A stretch of 64,000 nucleotides of DNA from Patescibacteria group bacterium (GCA_018971305.1 JAGXBC010000003.1:28325-92324), one strand, 5' to 3'. Positions 27,070-36,445 are shown, numbered from the stretch's first letter. A program made the numbers and translations. Notes: a model not told the origin generated them from the sequence alone.

Positions 27070-28182
27070 ATGCATCGGCGAATTCCGAAATTTACGGTAT
27101 TTATCCTGGTAATTCAGGTTCTTTTGCTATATCTGCACTGGTTTATCTATTACACGATAATCATTTTTTTGCACATAGAAATACCGTCGACCGTCTTTAT
27201 TCTGCGGGCGATTTTTTCTTTTCTATCGGTCAGTTTCATCTTGTCTTCCGTGCTTGCCTTCAGATACGTAGATTCCTTTATAAGCAGATTCTATTCCTTG
27301 GCGGCCGCCTGGATGGGTTTCTTCTTTTATCTATTTATCGCCAGCTTTCTTTCCTGGATAGGTTTCGTCGTCTCGCCGAACTTGGCGCCTCAATTCGTTA
27401 TCGTATTTTTTACGGCTGCTTGCGCCGTTTCGGTTTATGGCCTTATCAACGCGAACAGGATAAGGGTCACGGAAATTACCGTTCCGCTCAAAAACCTGCC
27501 GCCTTCCTGGAAATCAAGAACGGCGGTTTTCCTGAGCGATTTGCATCTGGGGCAAATAAGGCGGGAAAAGTTTACGGCCCGCGTGGCGAATGCGATCAAT
27601 TCTTTAAATCCGGACATCGTTTTTATCGGAGGAGATTTTTACGACGGCGTCCAGGCAGAAGTGAAAAAAATAACAAGACCGTTCTATGAAGTGAAACCGC
27701 CGATGGGTGTGTGGTTTGTTGCCGGCAATCACGACGAGTTCCGCGATACCGGAGAATATTTTACCGAATTGAGGAATGCCGGAGTCCGTATTTTGGACAA
27801 CGAAATGGTTTTGGTGGACGGCATACAGCTTATAGGCGTCGATTACGGTTCCACGGAACTGAAGCGTGATTATCGCGAGGTGATGAACGGATTGAAAATT
27901 GACCGAGAGAAGCCGAGTATTCTTCTGCGCCACGTGCCCAACCTGACAATAGTTCCGCGCCAAGCCGGTGTTTCTTTCCAGCTTTCCGGACACACGCATA
28001 ACGCTCAGGTTTTTCCGGTCATGCTTCTTACTGAGCTCATTTTTAGGGGGCGCAATTACGGGCTGAAGAAAAGGCACAATTTTCTTTCCTATACTTCAAG
28101 CGGCGTAGGCACTTGGGGTCCGCCGCTTCGTGTAGGAACAAAATCGGAAATAGTCAAAATTTCTTTTATCGAAGCAGACTGA
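27070..28182 (+). CDS. Membrane-bound metallophosphoesterase (YkuE-like)
   Basis: TM N-terminus; SDLHLG, GGDFYD, GNHD, SGHTH. Confidence 0.92.
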   Translation: MHRRIPKFTVFILVIQVLLLYLHWFIYYTIIIFLHIEIPSTVFILRAIFSFLSVSFILSSVLAFRYVDSFISRFYSLAAAWMGFFFYLFIASFLSWIGFVVSPNLAPQFVIVFFTAACAVSVYGLINANRIRVTEITVPLKNLPPSWKSRTAVFLSDLHLGQIRREKFTARVANAINSLNPDIVFIGGDFYDGVQAEVKKITRPFYEVKPPMGVWFVAGNHDEFRDTGEYFTELRNAGVRILDNEMVLVDGIQLIGVDYGSTELKRDYREVMNGLKIDREKPSILLRHVPNLTIVPRQAGVSFQLSGHTHNAQVFPVMLLTELIFRGRNYGLKKRHNFLSYTSSGVGTWGPPLRVGTKSEIVKISFIEAD

Positions 28183-28266
28183 ATAATTTTAGTCGGCAAG
28201 AGCTGCTAAGATATCCGGTTTTAGGGAGACAAAATTTTAAATTTCGGGGAATTGTATAATAAACAA

Positions 28267-28546
28267 GGTCAGCTTGGAGGGGAGGCTGGCGGCAACTATC
28301 GATTGGTGTGACGAGGGAGGATTGGTCATACAGACCCCGCATCGCTTTTTAATAAAGGGGCGCTAGCGGGAGCTATCGTCGTTGGTGTGCACCTAGACGA
28401 AGCATTTATTCATAACTTTAAGGAAATAATCGGGGATTTCATCCCGCTAAAAAATATTGATGATCAATCTGTGGCAACGCTGGCTATTACCACTTCTCCG
28501 GACAGGTCTTGGGCGAAAGCGAGGCCACCAATCGTTCCGCCCTCCT
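28267..28546 (+). ncRNA. Candidate structured ncRNA (~280 nt), family not recognised
   Basis: TATAAT at 28255-28260; long-range CGATTGGTG/CACCAATCG helix; about six internal hairpins, one with a GAAA loop. Confidence 0.55.
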
Positions 28547-28701
28547 TATTGTTTTAATCTTCGCCCTGATTCTTGTTCTGCCTCTGTATCGTTTTACTGT
28601 TTTACTTACGGAATAAACATCTCATCACTTATTTTCCGTTTTATAGGAGGCCTGGGTATCTATAGTCTTATCTTCTAGTGGGAGCCTGATAAAATAATCT
28701 T

Positions 28702-28953
28702 ATGAGTAAAAAAGAAATTGTCGATGGGGTAGCGCATAAAATACCAGCGGATTTAGGACAAGCCCTTATCTCCGACCCGGCCGCACGGGCAAAATGGGAG
28801 GACATTACACCGCTGGCACGCAATGAATGGATCTGCTGGGTTATCTCTGTCAAGAAACCGGAAACCAGAAGGCAACACGTCCTCAGAGTGCGCACGGAGC
28901 TCAAAGAAGGAATGCGGCGGCCCTGTTGTTGGGCCGGCTGTATTCATCGTTGA
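28702..28953 (+). CDS. YdeI/OmpD-associated family protein
   Basis: IPADL..AL......W..ITPLARNEWICWV.S.KK.ETR..H. Confidence 0.85.
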   Translation: MSKKEIVDGVAHKIPADLGQALISDPAARAKWEDITPLARNEWICWVISVKKPETRRQHVLRVRTELKEGMRRPCCWAGCIHR

Positions 28954-28991
28954 AACAGAAGAAGATTTTAATCCGAACCTATCTCAAGGTG

Positions 28992-29064
28992 GCCCCGCTG
29001 TCGCTTCGCTCAGACGGGGCACTGTAAATTTCTAAGCTCATTCTTCGCTAATAAATTTATAGTG
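28992..29064 (-). repeat. tRNA-3'-associated repeat (second copy) plus GCCCCG palindrome
   Basis: Minus strand: GCACTATAAATTTATTAGCGAAGAATGAGCTTAGAAATTTACAGTGC, then CCCGTCTGAGCGAAGCGACAGCGGGGC. Confidence 0.75.
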
Positions 29065-29135
29065 CTGGGGGGCTTGGAATCGGACCAAGATTCACGGCTT
29101 CAAAGGCCGCTGTCCTACCGTTAGACGACCCCCCA
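29065..29135 (-). tRNA. tRNA-Gln(TTG)
   Basis: Reverse complement TGGGGGG...CCCCCCA; anticodon arm GCGGC-CTTTGAA-GCCGT; T-arm GGTCCGATTCC. Confidence 0.92.
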
Positions 29136-29163
29136 ATCGTTGCGCTATACTAATTTAGTATAA

Positions 29164-29706
29164 ATGAGAAACAAGCGCAATAAAAATAGTGGGTGGGTCA
29201 TTTTTATTTTAGTGATGGTAACTTTCGGAATGCTCGGTTTGGGCGGGGTTTTTTCGGCCATCATACCCACTCAACCCGCACAGAATCAAACCCCCGATAA
29301 TCAACAGAATTCCAATGCTTCGTCCTCACGTGAACTGGCTCTGAGCTGCACATCCGATACGCTTACGCAGTTTCATATACACCCAACTCTTACGATAATC
29401 GCAAACGGCGTTAAGCAAACGATTCCTGCGAATATCGGCATTACCGCCGATTGTCTTCGCGTGATTCACACTCACGACGACACCGGTGTCATTCACGTTG
29501 AATCGCCGCAGGCCGAAAATTTCACGCTGGGAGATTTTTTCGCAGTTTGGGGTAAGGTGTTCAACCAAGGCCAAGTTTTGGACTATAAGGCAGACGCAGG
29601 CCATGAGATAGTTATGACCGTGGACGGCAAGCCGAGCACGGAGTACGAGAATTTAATCTTAAAAGACGGACAGAAGATAGTTGTTGAATATAAGAATAGA
29701 CAGTAG
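29164..29706 (+). CDS. Membrane-anchored hypothetical protein with His motifs
   Basis: N-terminal TM; HIHP...IPANIGI...IHTHDDTGVIHVES. Confidence 0.8.
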   Translation: MRNKRNKNSGWVIFILVMVTFGMLGLGGVFSAIIPTQPAQNQTPDNQQNSNASSSRELALSCTSDTLTQFHIHPTLTIIANGVKQTIPANIGITADCLRVIHTHDDTGVIHVESPQAENFTLGDFFAVWGKVFNQGQVLDYKADAGHEIVMTVDGKPSTEYENLILKDGQKIVVEYKNRQ

Positions 29707-29769
29707 GAAGTAAGGGATAGAAAGCACGAAGCGAAGAGCAATCGTTGAAAAACGTGTTAAAATTTTATA

Positions 29770-30120
29770 ATGGACATCAAGATAATTAAGGACCCGATTA
29801 AAAGAAACGAGCTCGCAGAAATGGCGCGCGTCGGATTCGGTGATATCGTTAAGGCGGTAGTGGACATAAAACAAGAAATTATGGCGGTCGGAGGCGAATT
29901 GCATGCCGACGAAGAGGTTTTACTTTCAGAACAACAGAAATCGGGAAGAGAAAATACATGGGGAATAAATTTATATCCAGAAATATCCGGGGAAGAATGG
30001 ATAGAATTTGATTCCATGATAAATCTAAAGCCCGCCGCTGGAAATCGTTCCCGCGGAGTTGAAGATATTAATATTCAAAAGAAAATCAGAGAGATCGTCG
30101 GGAAATTAATTGAGGAATAA
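29770..30120 (+). CDS. DUF5674-like protein
   Basis: KAVVDI...A.GGELHAD.E..L...S..ENTWGINLYP...IEFDSMIN.KP..GNRSR. Confidence 0.75.
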   Translation: MDIKIIKDPIKRNELAEMARVGFGDIVKAVVDIKQEIMAVGGELHADEEVLLSEQQKSGRENTWGINLYPEISGEEWIEFDSMINLKPAAGNRSRGVEDINIQKKIREIVGKLIEE

Positions 30121-30122
30121 TT

Positions 30123-30464
30123 ATGCCCAAGACACTGTTTCTTCATAAAGAATTGGCAGCCGGCCGATGGTCTGAATTTTCCCTCAAAGAACAGCTTGGC
30201 AATATCGGTAGCGAGGTTTCCCGCGCCAAAAATTGGCAGGGAAAAAACGAAAAGTTGTTTCGGGGCGCAGTGGAACGAGCGTTGGAGCTTTTTGACTTAA
30301 CTCTGGCAGATCCGCGCTGGAGGGGGCGGTACAGGGAAGTTGCTAGGGCCCGAGAAGTTTTCTGCGATGCTGTCTATGGCGGAAAATTATATAAAAGTTC
30401 TCTTGAGGAGTTAGTGCAATACTTTGACCATTTCGCTTTATCCGCTAGAAACGTCGGTTATTGA
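30123..30464 (+). CDS. Small helical hypothetical protein
   Basis: HKELAAGRW...EQLGNIGSEVSRA...ERALELFDLT; 2 nt after the previous stop. Confidence 0.75.
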   Translation: MPKTLFLHKELAAGRWSEFSLKEQLGNIGSEVSRAKNWQGKNEKLFRGAVERALELFDLTLADPRWRGRYREVARAREVFCDAVYGGKLYKSSLEELVQYFDHFALSARNVGY

Positions 30465-30557
30465 TATTCAATTTCAGATATGGCAAGTTGTTTTCGCCTA
30501 ATCAGGTAATTCACAGGGTGGGGAGTTTTTTTCTGTTTAAGGTGTTAAAATAAGTTC

Positions 30558-32177
30558 ATGGAGGCCTCTAACGAAAAAAGAAACGCGAGGCGTTTTTCCG
30601 ATGTTCACCATTCAAGGAAGAAAGGATGGAGAGCTTGGTTTAATTTTCTGGGGAAACACGGGAAAACCGTTAATTTAAAGCCGCCATTTTATAAGAGATA
30701 CCCAGTAGTCGCCGGTTTTATTGTCGTCTTGGCCGTTGTTTCCGTTTTCGGAGCCAAGAGATTGTTTACGCGGGCGGAAGTTGCGGATTTTTACCCCTCA
30801 AACTGTCTCGGTTCTTGGCAGGGTCCGCAAAACGCCCAGGGCAAGCCGGAGATGCTCGCACCCATATCCACCTCCACGATTTTCGGAGAAGATAATTCCG
30901 CTGTTTTCAATTCCGGCACGGGGCAGATTTTCTGCGGAGGTTTCTTGCCCGGCAATTACGCTTCTTCGAGCGATATAAAAAGCGTTGGTCTTACTTTCGT
31001 CTGGCAAGTGGGGGAGCCGTCGGCAACCTCAACTTTTCCCCAGGGAGCCCTAATCACAACCTCAACAATTTCTACGTCTACTTCTGCGAGCGCGGATACG
31101 GCGACTGGTACGGATCAAGTAACTCAGGTTGTAGGGCAGGGTGCTGCATTAGAGCAGGGGAGCAGCACCGATGTACAACAGACCGCCCCGGCCGATTCCA
31201 GCGCGACGACTCCTGCGGATTCCGGCGGGGCAATTCCTCCGCAACAGATAAATCCGGAGCCAGTTCCGCCGACAAATTCCAGCGATACCACTTCCACGAC
31301 ATCGTTTTTATACAATTTACGAGGTTTATTATTTAATGTAGCTTTCGCTCAATCTGATTCAACAAGTTCACCGCAGGTAACGAGCGATACTATTCCGGTT
31401 GCGAACGATACAACAACAACCGTTAGTAAGCCGCAAAATATTTCAACGCCAGCTTCGCCGTCTCCATCCAACGAAACGACGACGGTATCAGAACAGGTAA
31501 CGCAGAAAGCGGGACAACAAACACAGAGCACAAAACAAGGAACACAGAACATAGAGCAAGCGACAACGACCGGTGCGGAACCATCAACGACCATAATTAT
31601 CGGCCCGACCATCACGGCGTCCCTCACCCCGCTTACTACTTCCACCGACGCTTCGGGAACATATGTGATTATGAATGCAACTGATACTCTTGCTACGGGA
31701 ACCGAGCCCGTTGTTCCGCCGCCCGCTCCAGACGAAAACTTCCTGAAGATAAGTTATAGCACCGATGGCCAGACCTGGACGGAGATAGCAAAAGTGAACG
31801 ATAATAACTGGCAGAATTTTACCGTTACCCTGCCTATTAATAATTGGGAAATCTTGAAGAAATTACAGATACAAGTGGAAGGAATTCCCACAACCCTTAA
31901 CCCCACCCCCAAGGTTTATCTGGATGGAATGTTTGCCGAAGTCCATTACGAGCTTTCTCCGGAATTCGCCGCCGCTCTGAGCGGCGATCAATCCCTGGAT
32001 GGCCAAAATTCTTCTTCAAGCGTTACCACAACTACTATTGGAGGGGTTACGGTAATCGTTCTCCCGCCATCGCAAAAGCCGGTATCCGACAATCCGAAGC
32101 AGCAGGATACATTCCGTGCCGACCAAACACCGCAATTCAATTTTGATCTGAATTCTATATCGGTTCCGGGGCAGTAA
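30558..32177 (+). CDS. Membrane-anchored Ser/Thr-rich surface protein
   Basis: TM near aa 50-67; long S/T/Q/P low-complexity regions. Confidence 0.75.
   Translation: MEASNEKRNARRFSDVHHSRKKGWRAWFNFLGKHGKTVNLKPPFYKRYPVVAGFIVVLAVVSVFGAKRLFTRAEVADFYPSNCLGSWQGPQNAQGKPEMLAPISTSTIFGEDNSAVFNSGTGQIFCGGFLPGNYASSSDIKSVGLTFVWQVGEPSATSTFPQGALITTSTISTSTSASADTATGTDQVTQVVGQGAALEQGSSTDVQQTAPADSSATTPADSGGAIPPQQINPEPVPPTNSSDTTSTTSFLYNLRGLLFNVAFAQSDSTSSPQVTSDTIPVANDTTTTVSKPQNISTPASPSPSNETTTVSEQVTQKAGQQTQSTKQGTQNIEQATTTGAEPSTTIIIGPTITASLTPLTTSTDASGTYVIMNATDTLATGTEPVVPPPAPDENFLKISYSTDGQTWTEIAKVNDNNWQNFTVTLPINNWEILKKLQIQVEGIPTTLNPTPKVYLDGMFAEVHYELSPEFAAALSGDQSLDGQNSSSSVTTTTIGGVTVIVLPPSQKPVSDNPKQQDTFRADQTPQFNFDLNSISVPGQ
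31492..31568 (+). repeat. In-frame heptamer array (AACNNNG family, 11 units)
   Basis: AACAGGT AACGCAG AAAGCGG GACAACA AACACAG AGCACAA AACAAGG AACACAG AACATAG AGCAAGC GACAACG. Confidence 0.65.
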
Positions 32178-32304
32178 GTCGCTCAAATCCGATTTTCGGA
32201 AAATTTACAGGAGCGCGGCACCTTAAATTACCCGAAGGCGGCATTTTTTGACGCAGGGAAACGTTTTTAAGCACAAACTCGGCCGAAATGTTAAAATTCA
32301 AGAA

Positions 32305-32844
32305 ATGATTTCCAGAGAAAATAATTTCGCGTTTATAGACAGTCAAAATCTTAATCTCGGCATTCGCGTTCAAGGTTGGGAGCTTGATTTCGCGCGGTTT
32401 CGTATATATCTCAAAGACAAATACAGTATTACCAAAGCGTTCCTTTGTATCGGTTATGTGAAGGGCAACGAAGGTCTATACAAATATCTTCAAGAGAGCG
32501 GGTACATTTGTGTTTTTAAGCCGACTCTTGAGTTACCCGACGGGGACGTAAAGGGCAACGTTGATGCTGAGCTTGTCTTATATACCATGATGCATATCAA
32601 TGATTTCGACCGCGCGCTCATTATTAGCGGCGATGGAGATTTTCACTGCCTTATTGAGCACCTCTTGGAACAGAAAAAACTGCTTGTGTTTATGGTGCCC
32701 AACAGAAAAAAATATTCAGGCCTATTGAAGCGGAAAGATTTTTTGCCACATACTCGATTCGTTGCCGATATCAGAAATATGGTCCAAAAAAAGAAAGACC
32801 CCGACGAGGACAAAACCTTGTCAGGGCACCCTTTCCGTTCGTGA
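32305..32844 (+). CDS. NYN domain (PIN-like, LabA/DUF88) protein
   Basis: AFIDSQNL, KGNVDAELV, IISGDGDF. Confidence 0.9.
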   Translation: MISRENNFAFIDSQNLNLGIRVQGWELDFARFRIYLKDKYSITKAFLCIGYVKGNEGLYKYLQESGYICVFKPTLELPDGDVKGNVDAELVLYTMMHINDFDRALIISGDGDFHCLIEHLLEQKKLLVFMVPNRKKYSGLLKRKDFLPHTRFVADIRNMVQKKKDPDEDKTLSGHPFRS

Positions 32845-32851
32845 TAACTAT

Positions 32852-32879
32852 ATTGTAGTAAAACCCCATAACATGTCAA
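32852..32879 (-). promoter_or_regulatory. Sigma70-like promoter firing antisense into the NYN 3' end
   Basis: Minus strand TTGACA-N16-TACAAT. Confidence 0.55.
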
Positions 32880-35800
32880 GAGCTAAGCTGTGCATAGCAA
32901 AAATTCGCGGATGGGCTCGCCGGGCACCCGGCAGCAGACGTCGCGGAGAAATTTTAGCCTGCGTGACACTTGCTATTGTGGTTTCGGTGCTTGCGATATT
33001 GGTAACCGTAAAATTTTCCCCGGTTGTGAGAGCGCAAATTTCCCAAAGCGAACTGCCTACTCCGCAAAACTTAGTTGTCGCGAAAATCATAGACCCGGTA
33101 GGGAGATTAACGAACCTGCAGCCGCTTATAATTATCGCCAATAATCAGTTGCACGTGAGCGTTCCCGAGCCGAAATTCAGTTTCCGCCCGGGGAAATATA
33201 AACTGGAGCTTTGGATCTGGCAGGGCGGAAACATTTATTACACGGAAAATGATTTTAGCTGGGGAGTGCTCGCGGTAAATTTCAATAAATCAATCTATAA
33301 CCTCGGCGATAAGTCCAAAATCGGCCTCGCAGTTCTGGACGACCAAGGACATACTATTTGCAATGCTGATATGGATATGAATATCGTCTCGCCTTCCGGA
33401 AAAACATCGTATTTTTCAACGCAAGACAAAACCATTTCGCACAATCTCTCTTGCGGTCCGGGAAGCGTCACTAACGACCCGGACTATTCGGCCACAATTC
33501 TTGCCGGAGAAGTCGGAACTTATAATGTTTCTGTTACGGCGAGAACCGCTAACGGTACGAGGCAGATTTCCGATAAGTTTGAAGTGCAGAATCCGCCGAT
33601 GTTTGACGTGGAGCGCAACGCCCCGACAAGAATTTTCCCCCCGGCAACTTATAAGGTTTCCATTGCCGTAAAGGCGAACGATAATTTCCACGGAAATATC
33701 ACGGAAACTGTTCCTGGAACTTTTGATGTTACTGCTTCTAGTGCCGAGACGACGCTTGTCAAATCTTCTGGCTCTCCTACCTTGGATACAAAAATCATTT
33801 CTTGGCCTGTAAATTTAAAAAAAGGAGATTCTGTATCTTTAACCTATTCTTTCAAGGCTCCGGATGTGAGTCCGGAACTCTATAAATTGGGGCCGCTTCA
33901 GATCGGCAATTGGAGCGAAGCTCGGCAGTGGCAGGTGGCGGCGGACTCGGTGGCGAACACGGTTATTTTTATCACCTCGCTTGCTTCCACAACCTGGCAG
34001 GTTCCTAATGATTGGAACAATACTTCCAACACCATTGAGCTTATTGCCGGCGGCGGTGGTGGTGCTACGAACAGCGGGACTGGCGGCTCGTCAAACCGCG
34101 GAGGCGCCGCGGGCGGCGGTGGCGCTTATGCCATGATTACCAATTTTTCCACTTCTACTGGCAATCTCGTCAAAATTGGAGTTGGTACAGGGGGAGCCGC
34201 GCAAGCTACCGGCACTCTTACGTATTTCAACTGGAGCGGCGGTGGCACTACCTCTACTTGCAGTGGAACAACCATGCAATTATGCGCTATGGGCGGCGGC
34301 CGGGCTGTAACAGGTAACCCGGGCAGTTTCGGTACCGGAGGCGCGAGCTCAACAAGCGTTGGAACTGTCAAGTATGGCGGTGGTCCTGGTGGCGCTGATG
34401 CGTTGAGCAAGACAGCCGGAGCAGGCGGCGGCGGCGCCGGCGGTCCGAGCGGAGACGGCCAAGGCGGTACTAATACAACTATTGGAACTGGCGGAGCTGG
34501 AGATGCCGGTGTCGCTGCTGGCGGTACGGGAGGTTTAACGGGAACCAACCCGGGCGGTACCGGCGGTCCGGGTTCGGAGTGGACTTCCAATCCCGGTGGT
34601 GTGAGCGGCGGTTCCGGCGGCGGCGGCGGCGGATCCACGGGCAACTCAAGTACCGGCGGTACCGGAGGTAACTACGGCGGCGGCGGAGGAGGCGGTAGGA
34701 GCTCCGGCGGCGCCGGAGGCGTTGGCCAGCAAGGCATCATAGTCATCACCTATACGCCTTCAACTATTACTATGGCCGATGGCACGCAACCCGCTAACGT
34801 AACCGTTGGCCCTGGCGCGAATGCCACAACGAGCGCGGTTTTTACTTTAGTAACGAACAACAATACTGTTACGAGTTCCATTACAAGTATTGACGTGAAT
34901 ATCGCGACGACCACCGGCGTTTTCCAGGTGCAGATTGCCGATAACGCCGGGACGACTATTTACGGCTCAAGCACTAATCCGGGTTCCACCTCGCTTACGA
35001 TCAATACGACAAATATGGTTGTTTCCACAACAACTCTTACTTTTCGCACAATGATCAAACCGCTTGACGCGACTTCCATGCCCACGACTCCAGTGAGCGG
35101 CGCGGGCGCGGTGGGCGGTACTTACGTGGTTACCTCCACGCTCCCCGGAACTTTCACCGATAACAAAAGCTGGGATCATGCCGGCGCTAACACCACATCT
35201 TCCATTATCACCATAGACAACCTTTCGCCGGCGGACGTCACGAACGCTTCCGGCACTGTGGCCAGCAGCAGCGTGGCTTTTACCTGGAATAATCCAGGTG
35301 ATACGGATTTTGCGACGACGACCATAGTGCGGGCAACATCATCAATTTCCATAATTCCCACCGAAGGAACATATTATACTGTCGGACAAACCCTTAACGC
35401 CACAACCACTGTTGTCTGCGTTGTCGCCTCAAGCAGCGCTTCCAATTGCACCGATAGCGGCCTTACTGCCGGCACGACATATTACTATATGATTTTTACC
35501 GCGGACAATTACCTCAACTATTCTTCGGGGACCGTGCCGACGAACAATCCTTTTACGCCGAGCAATAACCAGCCGCCGACAGTTTCCGCCGTTTCTTTAA
35601 ACCACGGCAACGCCATAACTCTGACTCCGAACGCCACGACTTCTTTTGACCTGAACTGGAGCGTTTCCGACCCCGACGGATGCGCGAACATTAATACGAA
35701 CACCGCCACCTCCACGGCTTTCCGCCTCGGCGTCAAATCCACTTGCGCCGTTCCCGGCCCGACAACGAGCAGTTTGAGTTGCTATCTTTATCTGACGCGG

Positions 35801-36385
35801 ACGACATCCACCTGTTCCGGCACGACAATCAACACTACCGACACCGTGGGAATTTATTACTTCGCCGATTCCACGGGCAACAATTCTTCCACTTATCCAT
35901 CCGACCATTGGGAAGCGTTCGCTCTCGCAAGTGATGCCGCGGGCGCCACCTCCAGCGCGACCTCCACCAACGTGGACATCAATGTTCTTTCCGCGGTGAA
36001 CGTCACAACTTCCTCCATTGACTATTCAACGGTTACGGCTTCTTCCACGAGTGCCGAGCAGATTGCCACAACGACGAATGCCGGCAACTCCACAACCTCC
36101 ATTCAGCTTTACGCTTTGAGTACGCTCTCGTGTTCCAGCGGCGGCTGCAACGGCACTTCCATCACGACGAGCTCTCAGCACTACGCGAGCTCAACGGGAG
36201 CATCGTTTGATAGTACCGTCGCCCTGACCGATTCCCCGGTTACCCTAACCGGCATTAAACTGAAAACTCCCACAAGCACCGTAAATGTTTCCCAAGGCAC
36301 TTTCTGGTTCCTGAACGTTCCGGCCGGAACCGCAACAGGAACTTTCAGCGGCACGAACGTTTTCTCGCCGGCGTGGAGCCCATAA
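32873..36385 (+). CDS. Large secreted surface protein with Gly-rich domain, FN3-like domain and Thr/Ser-rich C-terminal domain
   Basis: Signal/TM; W.VP.DW...IELIAGGGGG Gly-rich region; W.NP...GLTAGTTYYY.I FN3-like motif. Confidence 0.8.
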   Translation: MSRAKLCIAKIRGWARRAPGSRRRGEILACVTLAIVVSVLAILVTVKFSPVVRAQISQSELPTPQNLVVAKIIDPVGRLTNLQPLIIIANNQLHVSVPEPKFSFRPGKYKLELWIWQGGNIYYTENDFSWGVLAVNFNKSIYNLGDKSKIGLAVLDDQGHTICNADMDMNIVSPSGKTSYFSTQDKTISHNLSCGPGSVTNDPDYSATILAGEVGTYNVSVTARTANGTRQISDKFEVQNPPMFDVERNAPTRIFPPATYKVSIAVKANDNFHGNITETVPGTFDVTASSAETTLVKSSGSPTLDTKIISWPVNLKKGDSVSLTYSFKAPDVSPELYKLGPLQIGNWSEARQWQVAADSVANTVIFITSLASTTWQVPNDWNNTSNTIELIAGGGGGATNSGTGGSSNRGGAAGGGGAYAMITNFSTSTGNLVKIGVGTGGAAQATGTLTYFNWSGGGTTSTCSGTTMQLCAMGGGRAVTGNPGSFGTGGASSTSVGTVKYGGGPGGADALSKTAGAGGGGAGGPSGDGQGGTNTTIGTGGAGDAGVAAGGTGGLTGTNPGGTGGPGSEWTSNPGGVSGGSGGGGGGSTGNSSTGGTGGNYGGGGGGGRSSGGAGGVGQQGIIVITYTPSTITMADGTQPANVTVGPGANATTSAVFTLVTNNNTVTSSITSIDVNIATTTGVFQVQIADNAGTTIYGSSTNPGSTSLTINTTNMVVSTTTLTFRTMIKPLDATSMPTTPVSGAGAVGGTYVVTSTLPGTFTDNKSWDHAGANTTSSIITIDNLSPADVTNASGTVASSSVAFTWNNPGDTDFATTTIVRATSSISIIPTEGTYYTVGQTLNATTTVVCVVASSSASNCTDSGLTAGTTYYYMIFTADNYLNYSSGTVPTNNPFTPSNNQPPTVSAVSLNHGNAITLTPNATTSFDLNWSVSDPDGCANINTNTATSTAFRLGVKSTCAVPGPTTSSLSCYLYLTRTTSTCSGTTINTTDTVGIYYFADSTGNNSSTYPSDHWEAFALASDAAGATSSATSTNVDINVLSAVNVTTSSIDYSTVTASSTSAEQIATTTNAGNSTTSIQLYALSTLSCSSGGCNGTSITTSSQHYASSTGASFDSTVALTDSPVTLTGIKLKTPTSTVNVSQGTFWFLNVPAGTATGTFSGTNVFSPAWSP

Positions 36386-36393
36386 ATGTAGAA

Positions 36394-36439
36394 TTTTCAA
36401 TTATCAATTTTCAATTTACAATGAATTTTTAATTTTTAA
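36394..36439 (+). repeat. Heptamer array TTTTCAA (left arm)
   Basis: TTTTCAA TTATCAA TTTTCAA TTTACAA (TGAA) TTTTTAA TTTTTAA. Confidence 0.8.
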
Positions 36440-36445
36440 CTATTA

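Noticed and set aside
27042-27689. 215-aa alternative-frame ORF over the metallophosphoesterase
   Set aside because: Same-strand overlap with a clear gene, TTG start, no motif
28267-28546. Assignment of the structured region to RNase P, tmRNA, SRP or a known riboswitch
   Set aside because: Diagnostic conserved motifs were not found by eye; kept as an unassigned candidate
34040-34740. Antisense Pro-rich ORF 34126-34644 and GGC runs as separate features
   Set aside because: They mirror the Gly-rich coding region on the plus strand
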